Source: Octopus sinensis (Eukaryota). Taken from it: a stretch of DNA of 64,000 nt. The stretch spans positions 30,008,001 through 30,072,000 of the forward strand of contig NC_043016.1 of the NCBI RefSeq assembly GCF_006345805.1. The letters are read 5' to 3'. The notes below the pieces were generated by a model. That model made no database searches. It saw only the letters and a program-made list of their open reading frames with translations, and was not told the DNA's origin. A program made the position numbers and the translations under genes. Positions 52,111 to 64,000 of this stretch are shown in pieces (positions within the stretch are counted from its first letter, which is position 1; each line of letters opens with the position of its first letter).

Positions 52111-53189
52111 ATATATATACATACATAGACACAACAAGATTCTTTCAGTTTCCATCTACCAAATCCATACAAAAATGTGGCTCATCCAAGACACTTGCCC
52201 ATAGTGTTGCACAGTGGGCCTGAACCCAGAGCCATGTGGTTGGGAAGCAAACTTCTTATCACACAGCTATGCCTGTTGTTGAAATTTTGAATCTATAGGG
52301 TTCCTAGTTTGACCCCCAGGTGGTTGGTGCCCTGCTGGGGCATTTATATTTCTGGTATGCTGGAAACACAGGAAGACATGGGTGGAAGTACTGAAGAATG
52401 GCCTTAGGAAGCTGAACCTTTCAGGCAAGATGACAAAGGACTGTACTCAGGAAAATCTGTACCTCACAGCAGAAGTGTTAAGATTGACCCTGCTAGTGGG
52501 GTAACGCACTCATGGATGTGCCATTTAAAAGTGCCCGTGTGGTGCCACGTAAAAGTACCTGTATGGTGCCACATAAAAGTGGCCATGCAGTACCATATAA
52601 AAGCGCCCACTCTGTAAAGTGGTTAGCATTAAGAAGAGCATCCAGCTGTAGAAACCATGCTAAATCAGACCAGTCTGGTGCAGCCAAGCCCCCCGTCCCC
52701 CATCCCGGCTTGCCAATTCTGGTCAAACTGTCTAATCCATGTCAGCATGGAAAACAGATCTTAAACAACAATGATGACTTGTTTTTACATACCACATTCT
52801 ATACATGCAATTTCTGTAATCTGTCTTCTAAGTTCCACCATTCTTTGACCTTGTGGCAAATTAATTAGGGTGGCAACTTGGAAGAATTGCTGGGGCATTG
52901 GAAGAAATGCCTTTCTGTATTTCTTCTGTTTCTGTAGGTTTAAGTTCAAATCCTGCTGAATTCAGCTTTGCCTTTCATCTCTCTGGTGGTCAATAAAATA
53001 ATTATTGGTGAAGTACTGAGGTAGGGGTTATCAAGTAACTCTTCCTCTCAGAATTGGTGACATTGTGTCTCTAAATCAGAAATCAATATTGGTAGATTAA
53101 CAGAATCATTACAGCACTGGATAAGAGTACTCAGTGATATTTGCACTGATTCTGAGTTTAAATTCCTCCAAGGTCAGCTTTGCCTTTCA

Positions 53190-53515
53190 GTCTCATCATC
53201 ATCATCATCATCTTCATCACCTTCATCATCTTCATCATCATCATCTTCATCATCTTCATCATCTTCATCATCATCATCATCTTCATCATCTTCATCATCT
53301 TCATCATCATCATCTTCATCATCTTCATCATCATCATCTTCATCATCATCATCTTCATCATCATCTTCATCTTCATCCTTCTTCATCATCATCCTCCTTC
53401 ATCATCATCTTCGTCATCATCTTTTTCATCATCATCTTCATCTTCTTCATCTTCATCATCTTCTTCATCATCTTCATCATCTTCATCTTCTTCATCTTCT
53501 TCATCTTTATCACCA
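53190..53515. repeat. (CAT/CTT)n compound microsatellite
   Basis: Direct inspection; source of the poly-H, poly-D/E and poly-M ORFs. Confidence 0.95.
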
Positions 53516-54176
53516 TTCTTTAATATCTGTTTTCTATACTGGCATGGTTTTGACTGTAGCTGGCAAGCTGGAGAGCAGTTCCAGGTTCCTATCTGATTTG
53601 CTATGGTTTCTACAGCTGGATGCTTTTAACATGACATCAACACGGGAGATTTTATGTACAGGATTTTTGCAGGCCAATCCACTGCAGCCTTCATCATCGT
53701 TTGACCAACCTATGGTTGGTCAGAACTCCATTGACAATCCCCTTCCACACTACGCAGACCTGCATTTCTGTGTTCAGATCTCTCATATCCAGCCCTGAGT
53801 CCCGAGATATAGTATCTAGAAATGTCAGTTTCCTGGAGAAAACACTTCCAGATGGATGGCATAGAAGCAGGGATGAGATAGCCTCCTTCTCTGCTTGATG
53901 ATAGTGGCCAGCAAATTGTAGCCATTTTTGCTTTAGCCTGAGGGATTTTGGTTCTTTGTCGTCTTGTCCAAAAGGTTCAGTGTTATGAGGTCATCCTTCA
54001 GGACTCTGTCCCTTGTCTTCTTGAATCTCCCTCTTCCACAAGTTCTAACCACTTTGGGTGAATGGCACTTCTTTTTGGACACCTCATGTCTAAACGGACA
54101 CAGTCTTCTCTCTTGCATACTGCATTTAATTCCTCTTATGCCTAACTTCTCTCTTAATACACTGGCACATTGTTGC

Positions 54177-54575
54177 ACTCTTTTACTCTTTTACTTGTTT
54201 CAGCCATTTGACTGTGGCCATGCTGGAGCATCACCTTTAGTCAAACAAATCAATCCCAGGACTTATTCTTTGTAAGCCTAGTACTTATTCTATTGGTCTC
54301 TTTTGCCGAACCACTAAGTCATGGGGACGTAAACACACCAGCATCAGTTGTCAAGCAATGTTGGGGGAAACAAACACACACAAACAATACACACACACAC
54401 ACATACATACATATATGCGACGGGCTTCTTTCAGTTTCTGTCTACCAAATCCACTCACAAGGCTTTGGTCAGCCCGAGGCTATAGTAGAAGACACTTGCC
54501 CAAGGTACCATGCAGTGGGACTGAACCTGGAACCATGTGGTTCATAAGCAAGCTACTTACCACACAGCCACTCCT
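54177..54575 (-). mobile_element. SINE family A
   Basis: Similarity to other copies; adjoins an RTE fragment at ~53930-54175. Confidence 0.9.
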
Positions 54576-55120
54576 TTGTGGAGTCAGTAGTATCAATTAA
54601 CCCCCTTCCCTTGCAATTGCTGTTCCTGTACCTAAATTAGAAACTGTTATTATTGCTATTGCTGCTGCTTAGGTGGTGAGCTGGCAGGATCATTAGCAAG
54701 TTGGACAAAATGCTTAGTGACGTTTTGTCTGTCTTCATGTTATAAATAAGGCAATTCTTTGGCAAAAAAAAATTAGTTTAAAGGTTAAAACTAAAGATAA
54801 AACATTTTTTTTTTTAATGATTAATCATTGTAATTAATTTCTAAAGTTAATAAAGTTAAAACTGTGCAATAAAGTTAAAAAATAAAGATAAAATAAAGTT
54901 CAAAAATGAAATTTCAATAAAAGTATTTTTTTAAAAAAATTAGATATTGAAAAGAGTAAATAAATTCAAATGCCACTGAGGTCAGCTTTGTCTTTCATCC
55001 TTTTTTTTTTTTTGAAGTGGTGGTGGTGGGGAATTGATAAAATAAGTACCAGTTAAATACTGGGGTTATTATAATTGACTAGTCCCCTTGCTCAAAATTT
55101 CAGGCCATATGCTTCTAGTA

Positions 55121-55425
55121 GTTGTTTGTTCCTTCTCGAGCCATACCTGGCTCATAAGGGCCATTATCCCAGTTTCTTTGGCTTATAGGTTCCTCACCTG
55201 GATGGGACATCAGTTTTTTGCAGGTGAGCTGCTAGATGCCGGATGAAAGAGTGAGAGAAAGTTGTGGCAAAAGAGTCAGCAGAAGTTCGCCATTACCTTC
55301 TGCTGGAGCCACGTGGAGCTTAGGTGTTTTGCTCATAAACATACACATTGCCTGGTATGAGATTTGAACCCACAATCCCTCAACTGTGAGTCTGCTGCTC
55401 TAAGCACTCGGCCATGTGCTTCCAC
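55121..55425 (-). mobile_element. SINE family C, full length
   Basis: A box tggccgagtgc, B box ggttcaaatc; body matches 32478-33121. Confidence 0.85.
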
Positions 55426-55669
55426 ATGCTTATAGTAGAGAGCATTATTGTTACTACTGATAAGGTGGTGAACTGGCAGAGTTATTAGCATGCCAAATAA
55501 AATGATTGGTAGCATTTCATCCTTCTTTACTTTCTGCAGAAGTTGATTTTGCCTTTCATCCTTTTGAGGATCAATAAAATAAGTATCATTTGAGCAATGG
55601 GGTCAATATAATCAGTAAGCCCTATCCCATCAAAAGAAGAATAAAAAATCAGGCTTTATGCCTATAATA

Positions 55670-56235
55670 TTGGGTTGTCTGGAAAGTTTGTGCCGATTTA
55701 TAGTAGCTTGCCTTTCAACTTATTTTAGAACATGGTTGAATCCATAAAATAGGATTTGCCTACACCTCAATTTAGAGCACAGCTAAAGCTATCTTTCCGT
55801 GGAAGAAGGTTTATGTTCCTATAACCTGTGTTAATTCTCTAAACTTTTAAAATGGAAGATAAGAAAGTTCATTTTCGGCACTTGATGCTTTGGGAACCAG
55901 ACAAAAATTGCTGCAGCTCGGCTGGGATGTGTTACCCCACTCTCCATATTCACCAGATGTTGCTCCTTCGGGTTTCTACATATTCAGGTCTCTGCAGAAT
56001 AGTCTTAATGGTAAAAATTTCAATTCCTTGGATGACATAAAAAGAAACCTTGATGAATTCTTTGCCATGAAACCACCTCAGTTCTGGGAAGAGAGTCATT
56101 TCAAGTTAAAGGAAAGATGGAGATGCATTGTGCAACAAAATGGTTCATATTTGGTTGATTAAAAATGTAATGGCAAGTATTTATTGACCTTTTTCTTTCC
56201 TTTAATAATTGGCATGAACTTTCCGGACAACCCAA
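55670..56235 (+). mobile_element. Internally deleted mariner
   Basis: TIR ttgggttgtctggaaagtt / aactttccggacaacccaa, TA flanks, transposase C-terminus HSPYSPDVAPSGFYIFRSL. Confidence 0.92.
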
Positions 56236-56237
56236 TA

Positions 56238-57834
56238 CAAAGGTGGACTGAAATGTTTATAGGTTGATTATCAAGGAGTGATGCTAGAGCTGAGGAATCT
56301 TGCATGCATTAATTTTAACACTTCTTATTAATAACTGCATTGTTTCTTTCCAGATAAACTGACATCTGACTGTTCAAAGAAGACTTCAAAATTAACTGGT
56401 ATTGACTACTCTTGTAAATGGGCAATGTGTAAATGGACTGTGGTGTTATCAAGTCCCTGCAGAAAAAGAGTTTAGCACCAAAAGACATTCATGCTGACTT
56501 GGTTGCTACATTAAGGGATGATGCTCCAGCTTTATCAACTATAAAAAAGTGGGCAGATGAATTTAGGAGAGGAAAAGAGTCTTGAAGATGATCCAAGGTC
56601 TGGACATTCAGTGACTGCCACACACTGAGGAAAACATTTATCATGTTCACCACATGGTGATAGATGACAGGTGATTGGCTATAAATCAAATAGCCAATGC
56701 TATTAACATATCCTGTGAGAGAGTTAAGAATATTCTGCACAATGAACTTGACATGATGACAGTTTCTGCTCAGTCTTTTGACACTTGATCAAAAGCACAC
56801 CAAGCTGATCTCTTCACAGGAAAATCTGATATTGTGTCAGGCTGATCCAGCCGAACGTTTCCTAACCCAAGATGAGTTCATTACTTCGAGCTAGAGACAA
56901 AGAGAGAATTTATGCAGTGGAAACACTCCTCCTCACCTGCTCCAGAGAAGACCAAGGTTGTTTCATATGCAGGAAAAATGATGGCCTCAGTTTTTTGTGA
57001 TGCAAAAGGCATTGTGTTTATTAACTATCTTCAGAAGAGTCACACCCTCAATGGAGAGTACTATGCTAACTTGCTGAGACAGTTATGAAAGGCTATGAAG
57101 ATCAAACACCCAGGAAAACTGATGAAAAAGGTTTTGTTTCATTAGGACGATACTCCAGCACACAGATCTTTGATTTCAATGTCTGCTGTGCATGACTGGC
57201 TTTGAACTGGTTGATCAGCCTCCCTATTCTCCTAATTTGGCTCCACTTAACTTTTATCTGTTCCTCAGCATGAAAAAGCATTTGGCTGGGAACCAGTATT
57301 GCAATGATGATGACGTGCTGTCTACTGTTGATGACTTTTTTGAACAACAGGATGGAAGCTTCTTCCCCAATGGGATCCAAGCACAGCAACACTTATGGGT
57401 GAAGTGTGTGGACCACAAGGCGGACAATGTTGAAAAATAAACCTCTGTAGTGACGTCATCTTGACAGTCTTCAGTGCGCGCGTGCGGGTTGGAATCTTCT
57501 AGAAGGCTTGCGAAGGTTCCCTCATGCACATGCGCTAAAAGACTGACGGAAAAAGTTCTGTCGCGTTCCTTGCTTGTGTCAGAGACTCGGGACGCGGCCG
57601 TTGAACACTGTAGACGTGTTTTAATTAACTCCAGATTTTCTGTGTGGTTGCTGACTGACCAAAATGTACATTTCACATTTACCCGAAATAAAGAGTTATA
57701 TATATTGTTTGGATGCTTTTCTTGTTTCCTTATGTATACATTTTTAAAACAAAGAGGAAGAAATCCTACACCACATTTGGTCATATTCCATGAGAGTATG
57801 TTAGTCAACTTATGAACTTTTCAGCTGACCCTTG
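56238..57834 (+). mobile_element. Full-length degenerate mariner transposon containing a solo LTR
   Basis: TIRs caaaggtggactgaaatgtttataggttga / tcaacttatgaacttttcagctgacccttg with TA flanks. Disrupted transposase with PPYSPNLAPLNFYLF. About 1.27 kb without the LTR. Confidence 0.92.
57446..57770 (+). mobile_element. Solo LTR, 325 bp
   Basis: TGTAG...CTACA termini, 4-bp TSD cctc/ccac (1 mismatch) splitting the mariner 3'UTR, AATAAA at 57687-57692. The first 10 nt (tgtagtgacg) are identical to the solo LTR at 10982-11493. Confidence 0.8.
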
Positions 57835-59300
57835 TAAAAAGGATTATTGTTGCTACTTCAACTTCTGTTATTATATAATTAACAAAGCAAAGGTGTTTAA
57901 AAATATGATTTGATAATTTGGCTTTAACAGACTCTTGTCTTGAACATAAAAATGTGAGATTGGTAATAAACTGTAAATGACACCAATTTCATAATGATAT
58001 ATATAATTAAAGACTCACAGCATAGCTGGGATATTTTGGCTATAATGGTTTTAAAAAATTCAGTACATTGTTGACTGTAGGAAAGTTCTTGGTGATTGAT
58101 TGCCAAGTTTTGGTTGCATTTTACGTATTTGAAATTAGCAGCCTGGTATGTTGAAGGATATCATAAGTTATGGTTGTTTTTTTGCTTGTAACATGCATTA
58201 AAGAAACAATATTTGTTATTACATCAAATTCCGCTGAGGTTGACTTTGCCTTTCATCCTTTCAGGGTCGATAAATAAGTACCAGTTGTGTGCTGGGGTTG
58301 ATCTAATTGACAGGCCCCTTCCCCTCAAAATTTCGAGGGCTTGTGCCTAGAGTAGAAAAGAATATTTATGTGACTGAGGTCACAGAGTAGCAATTACCAC
58401 AATCTTTTTAGCATGCAACAAGTTATTACATGATTTTAATAATTGTAGTTATTTTCATAATCATACTTCACAGTAATAATATCTCTGTGTGAATGTTTGC
58501 TGCTGTTGTTTACGACTTTCATTATGTATTTTTTTTTTCAGGGAGGTGCATAACTTAGTGGTTAGGGTGTGGGGTTTATCATCATAAGATTGTGGTTTTG
58601 ATTCCTGGACTGCAAAAAACACTTAATTTCATGTTGCTCCATCCACTCAACTAGTAAAAGTAATTAAATCTTGTGATGGACTAGTGTCCCATCCAGGGAG
58701 GAGTATATAGGGCAGAAAAACTTGGAAACCAGCCATATGAGTCTTTATTCAGTGATGTGGACTATCGATAACCATTTCTTATTCAGGGAAATTTTTCAAG
58801 TCATGCAAGCTTTTAAATGTTTTTATAACTTTATAGTTATAAAAACTTTAAAGTTGTTAATACTTCCAGTATTAATTTTGAAAAAAAAAAACATAATGTA
58901 AATAGTAGAGGAGTGCTGGTTGTTTGCTTGAGACATAACGATATTATAGAATTTTATAGCAACAAAGAATAAAACATTGATGGCACTTTTAGTGATATTT
59001 TTTAAACTATTTCCCTTTGTGGTTAGGTATGTTACTTGAAATATAAGGAATCAATGAATTATATATTCTTTCATATTGTAAGCTTTCCTTAAAATTAAAT
59101 TTCATGTAAATAATTTTTTTTTCTTTTCTTTCTTTTTGTTATTTGATAAATTATTTTCTTTTGAGGAAGAATTATAAGGACTATAATTAAAGATCTTCTC
59201 CAAAATATAATTATAGTTTGTGACTGCTTTCTTAAAATTGAATGAAATTGTATCAAATTTTTTTTTTTCGGACTGTAAAACAAGATTTTATCTTTTTCAG

Positions 59301-59414
59301 GTCTGTAAAATATGGTAAAAAATCAACATTAGCTCCTACTCTACATAAACCAAGTTCTGACCTAGCAGATTTAGCATGTTATGCTGGTGTCAAAATGAAT
59401 CCAAAGATTTTCCA
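59301..59414 (+). CDS. Exon (114 nt, phase 2-2) of a MOZART2/MZT2-like gene (tentative)
   Basis: Acceptor ttttatctttttcAG and donor GTAAGT. The translation SVKYGKKSTLAPTLHKPSSDLADLACYAGVKMNPKIF aligns by eye with human MZT2 ELYELAQAAGGGIDPDVF (recalled from memory, not searched). Confidence 0.55.
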
Positions 59415-59479
59415 GTAAGTCTTATTTTCTCTTTTCCCAACATCTTTTTATTCCTAATTTGGCATTGTTAGACATTTAA

Positions 59480-59699
59480 CCCTTTGGCGTTTGGATTATT
59501 CTGTCAAATGGAATGCTTATTTATTCATATTGCTTTCAGTTAATCATGTCTTGACTTGTAGCTTTGAGATTTCAATAGTGTGATTGCTTATTTTTAGAGT
59601 AACATTTTAAGGTGCGTATGAGAGGCAGGATCTAGTTGGTTTGAACATAAAACAGGTAGAATATTTAGGCCAGATATGGCCAGTTTAAATGCTAAAGGG
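59480..59699. mobile_element. TTAA-type (piggyBac-like) MITE, 220 bp
   Basis: ttaa|ccctttggcg ... tgctaaaggg|ttaa. Confidence 0.85.
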
Positions 59700-59896
59700 T
59701 TAATTTTAACAGTTTATTCTGTATCACTGAAATGTATTTGGTCATAAAAATGTCAAAAACACCTCCTGCTGCAATACACAAAAATATCACTTCATCGTGA
59801 AGATGAAACTGAAATTGTTCTGTTTTAAAGAAAATGCAAGTAACTTGTATAAAATAAGAAAAAACTCTGATTGAAAAAGATAAATGAGAACACAGT

Positions 59897-60900
59897 CATC
59901 ATCATCATCATCATCATCATCGTTTAACATCTGCTTTCCATGTTAGCATGGGTTGGATGATTTGACTGAGGACTGGCGAACCAGATGGCTGCACCAGGCT
60001 CCAATCTGATCTGGCAGAGTTTCTACAGTTGGATGCCCTTCATAATGCCAACCACTCTGAGAGTATAGTGGGTGCTTTTACATGCCACCGGCATGAGGGC
60101 CGGTCAGGCGGTACTGGCAATGGCCACCCTCAAATGGTGTTTTTTATGTGCCACCTGCACAGTAGCCAGTCCAGCGGCACTGGCAATGACCTCGCTTATG
60201 CTCGAATGGTGCTTTTTACGTGCCACCGGCACGGAAGCTAGTTACCTGCTCTGGCAACAATCATGCTCGGATGGTGTTCTTAGTGCTCCACTAGCACAGA
60301 TGCCAGTCGTTGAATTTGATTTCGATTTCACTTGCCTCAACAGGTCTTCGCAAGCAGAGTTTAGTGTTTAATGAAAGAAAGGTACGTATAAGTGGGCTGG
60401 TTATACCCCTGGCATAGGCCACAAGGTTATGCTCTCTCTTGGCTTGCCGAGTCTTCTCAAGCACAGCATATTTCCAAAGGTCTCAGTCACTAGTTATTGC
60501 CTCAGTGAGGCCTAGTGTTTGAAGGTCGTGCTTTACCACTTCATCCAAGGTCTTCCTGGGTCAACCTCTTCCACAGGTTCCCTCAACTGCTAGGGTGTAG
60601 TACTTTTTCACACAGCTATCCTCATCCATTCTCGCCACATGACCATACCAGCGCAGTCATCTCTCTTGCACACCACATCTAGGTCCAACTTTACTCTCAA
60701 GGTACTTACACTCTGTCATGTATGCACACTGATACTACACATCCATCAGAGCATACTGGCTTCATTCCATGCGTGCTTACGCATGTCCTCAGCAGTCACG
60801 GCCCATGTTTCACTGCCATGTAGCATGGCTGTTCATACACATGCGTCATACTGTCTACCTTTTACTCTGAGCAGAGGCCCTTTGTCACCAGTAGAGGTAA
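59897..60900 (-). mobile_element. RTE LINE 3' fragment with (GAT)n tail
   Basis: Aligns with 39413-40410. Confidence 0.92.
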
Positions 60901-60952
60901 TGTTTTAAATAAAACATCTTTCTTTCTCCCCCCTATTTCTCTCTCTTTCCCT

Positions 60953-61010
<58 letters not shown>

Positions 61011-61346
61011 GATAAATAAATAGATGGGTGTATTTTTCCCTTGTTAACAATTAACACGGAAAAAATAATAGTTACCTGGGTAGCAAAAAAATCACACAAG
61101 TAAAAAGGTTGTAATTCCTTGTTTTTAAAGGTAGAAACTTCGGGTTTATGTGAAACATTTTGTATAATATTATAATATATATATCATCATCATCATCATC
61201 GTTTAACGTCCGTTCTCCATGCTAGCATGGGTTGGACAGTTCGACCGGGGATCTGGGAAGCCAGAAGGCTGCACCAGGCTCCGGTCTTATATATATAATG
61301 TGCATGTTTGTGTGTGTTTGTTTGCATGAGCATGTATAATTTAGAC

Positions 61347-61720
61347 CACTGTTTCTCAGCCATTTTTTTCCTGTGGACCCCTTTGATTCTTATTTTACTC
61401 TACTGGACCCTCTTAATCATTTAATGTTTAAAAGAATCATATAACTTTTTAATAACTAAGTATTATTAGGCATCGTCTAAAAAATATTAAAATAGTTTTT
61501 GTATTGTAGAAGTACAACCAATTTTATGACAAATTTTAACAACGAAATCTTATATGACGCAGGAATGGCTGTGTGGAAAGTAGCTTGCTTACCAAACCAC
61601 ATGGTTCCGGGTTCAGTCCCATTATGTGACACCTTAGACAAGTGTCTTTTACTATAGCCTCAGGCTGACCAAAGCCTTGTGAGTGAATTTGGTAGACAGA
61701 AACTGAAAGAAGCCCGTCGT

Positions 61721-61757
<37 letters not shown>

Positions 61758-62031
61758 TGTGTGTGTGTTTGTGTGTCTGTGTTTGTCCCCCCAACATCGC
61801 TTGACAACCGATGTTGGTGTGTTTATGTCCCCATAACTTAGCGGTTCAGCAAAAGAGACCAATAGAATAAGTACTAGGCTTACAAAGAATAAGTCCTGGG
61901 GTTGATTTGCTCGACTAAAGGCAGTGCTCCAGCATGGCCACAGCCAAATGACTGAAACAAGTAAAAGAGTAAAAAAAAAAAAGAGAGTATTCACCCCAAA
62001 GGGCCATATGGATCCTGGTTGCGAACCACTG
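61347..62031. mobile_element. hAT/Charlie-like MITE with nested SINE
   Basis: Ends cactgtttctcagcc / ggttgcgaaccactg with perfect 8-bp TSD atttagac. Confidence 0.85.
61556..61989 (+). mobile_element. SINE family A nested in the hAT MITE
   Basis: Similarity to other copies. Confidence 0.9.
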
Positions 62032-62806
62032 ATTTAGACCATAAAGTTCCAGTGACACTATATGAAAGAATATCATGTGAATATGAGTGTCTACCTATTA
62101 TCACAGTTATGTCTTAGTTTTTTAAAATTACAGTTGAATTACAATTGTAACATTGTGAAAAATCATTCAACCTTTAAATAGTGGACACCATTAGTTGATG
62201 TTTCAAAAATTTTATATAGAGACAGCCATCATCAAAGGAAATTGAATATTTTAGGACACTTTCCAATAATGAGATTGTAAATGTTTATGTGTAAGGTACT
62301 AACAATTATTATAGCTTTTGTACTTATCATCATCATCATTATCGTTTAACACCTGTTTTCCATGCTAGCATGGGTTGGACGGTTTGACCGGGGTCTGGGA
62401 AGCCAGGAGGCTGCACCACGCTCCAGTCTGGTCTAGCAGTGTTTCCACAGCTGGATGCTCTTCCTAATGCCAACCACTCTGTGAGTTTTATGGGTGCTTT
62501 TTCATGCCACCGGCACAGGTGCCAAGGAAGGCTGGCAATGGCCACTATCCCACAATCAGTTGGTGCTTTTTATGTGCCATCGGCATGGAAGGCAGTTAAG
62601 GTGGCGCTGGCATCGGCCATGTTTGGATGGTGCTTTTTATGTGCCACCAGCACAGGTATCACAACCACAATTTCCATTTGATTTTTATTTTGATGTTGAT
62701 GTAAAGTGAAAATAAGTAATAAAAATTATCCTTAAGAAAACGAGATTTTTTTTTGTATTCTGCTCATTTGGCACTTACATTCATGCAACCCTTTCACACC
62801 GTTTAA

Positions 62807-62991
62807 CCCTTCAGCACTTAAACTGGCCAGATCCAGCCCAAATATTTTACTTGCTTTGTGCTCAAACCAGCCAGGTTGAGCCTCTCAAACCTACCCAACA
62901 ATGTCTCATTCTAGAAGTAAACTATCAGATCATTGAAACAAGATAATGCATGCATCTGATAAAGTAATCTGAATGCTATTGGGGCTAAGGG
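62807..62991. mobile_element. TTAA-type MITE, inverted paralog of 59480-59699
   Basis: ttaa|cccttcagca ... gctaaggg|ttaa; the interior is the reverse complement of 59480-59699. Confidence 0.8.
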
Positions 62992-64000
62992 TTAATGAGT
63001 GAGTTTAAAATTTGTACTAAATGTGTCATCTACACAACCCACAACCACTATTAAACAAAACAAGTATTAAACAACCAACTATTAAACAAAAGCAGTCTCT
63101 TTGTAGTACTAATATCCCCCCCCCCCCACACATATCTTCCTGATAGTCCTCCTACTACCAGTGTACACTCACTGCATTCCCTTCCACCTCCCGGTGAACT
63201 TACTTGATAGCTTACCCTCTCATCTCTATCCAACCCCTTTTACCGATTCACTTGTATACACCTCTCTGTAACATGAGGATACACCCTGACACATCCTCAT
63301 CATGATCTCTCCCCACACTCTTACCTAACTCCCTACCTCTCCTCCCTACCCCACCACCTCTCTCCCTATCTCTACAACTAATTTCAGGGAGGGTTAAGTT
63401 GAGCACATCGACCTCAGTGTTCAGTTGGTACTTATCTTATTGACCCCTGGAAGGATGAAAGGCAAAGTCGACCTTGACAGAAATTGAACTCAGAACTGAA
63501 AGACAGATGAAATGATGCTAAGCATTTTGCCCTACATGCTGATAGTTCTGTCAGCTCGTGGCCTTGTTAACCTTCATAATGCCAACCATTTCACTGAGTG
63601 TATAGGATGCAATTTTTAAAAAAATTTTTATTAGCTTCAGCACTGGTGAGATCATCTTGTAACTCTCAAGACTAAAGAAGTCTTCTTCAGTTCTTTAGTC
63701 ATCAATATTTTTCACTATCAAAAGGCGGCAAGCTGGCAGAATTGTTAGCACAATGAGCGAAATGCTTAACACTATTTTGTCTGTCTTTATGTTCTGAGTT
63801 CAAATTCTTCCACAGTTGACTTTACCTGTCATCATTTCTGGGTTCCATGAAATAAGTACCAATTGAGCACTGGGGTCAATGTAGTCATTGTAATTCAAAT
63901 TTTGGTCTTGTGCCAAAATTTGAAACCATTATTTTGCACTATTTCTGATTCTGAACTGCCTGTCAAGATTGTCAGTCTAACAACAATCTTATTTCTTTAT

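Noticed and set aside
52520-52610. CRISPR-like repeat-spacer array
   Set aside because: The units are irregular and belong to the RTE 3'UTR in a eukaryotic context; no cas genes are present.
53134-53596. Poly-His, poly-Asp/Glu or poly-Met proteins
   Set aside because: These are translations of a (CAT/CTT)n microsatellite with no splice or homology support.
57446-57770. Native CpG-island promoter of a host gene
   Set aside because: It is bounded by TG...CA with a TSD inside a mariner, so it is a solo LTR; promoter use remains only a hypothesis.

Overview
AT-rich, repeat-dominated eukaryotic DNA with no prokaryotic features. The SINE/RTE repertoire, recognised from memory, points to an octopus genome (inference). 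Most of the window is nested transposable elements: several tRNA-headed SINE families, RTE, CR1 and Penelope-like retroelement fragments, Tc1/mariner, pogo/Tigger, hAT, TTAA-type and long-TIR MITEs, Helitron/Helentron-type elements, two solo LTRs and many microsatellites. Nearly all ORFs in the supplied track are TE remnants or microsatellite artefacts. Host-gene signal is sparse: one well-bounded + strand exon (59301-59414) resembles MOZART2/MZT2, and a few unassigned candidate exons lie on the - strand. The most notable items are a TSD-delimited ORF1-only (zinc-knuckle) retroelement sharing a 3' hairpin-AATAAA tail with a SINE, an 87-nt pre-miRNA-like hairpin, a solo LTR upstream of a possible split-ATG microexon for the MZT2-like gene, a Penelope fragment abutting TTAGGG repeats, and a CpG-retaining 1-kb block with short-intron signals. 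All family assignments were made by eye without database searches; some boundaries are approximate.
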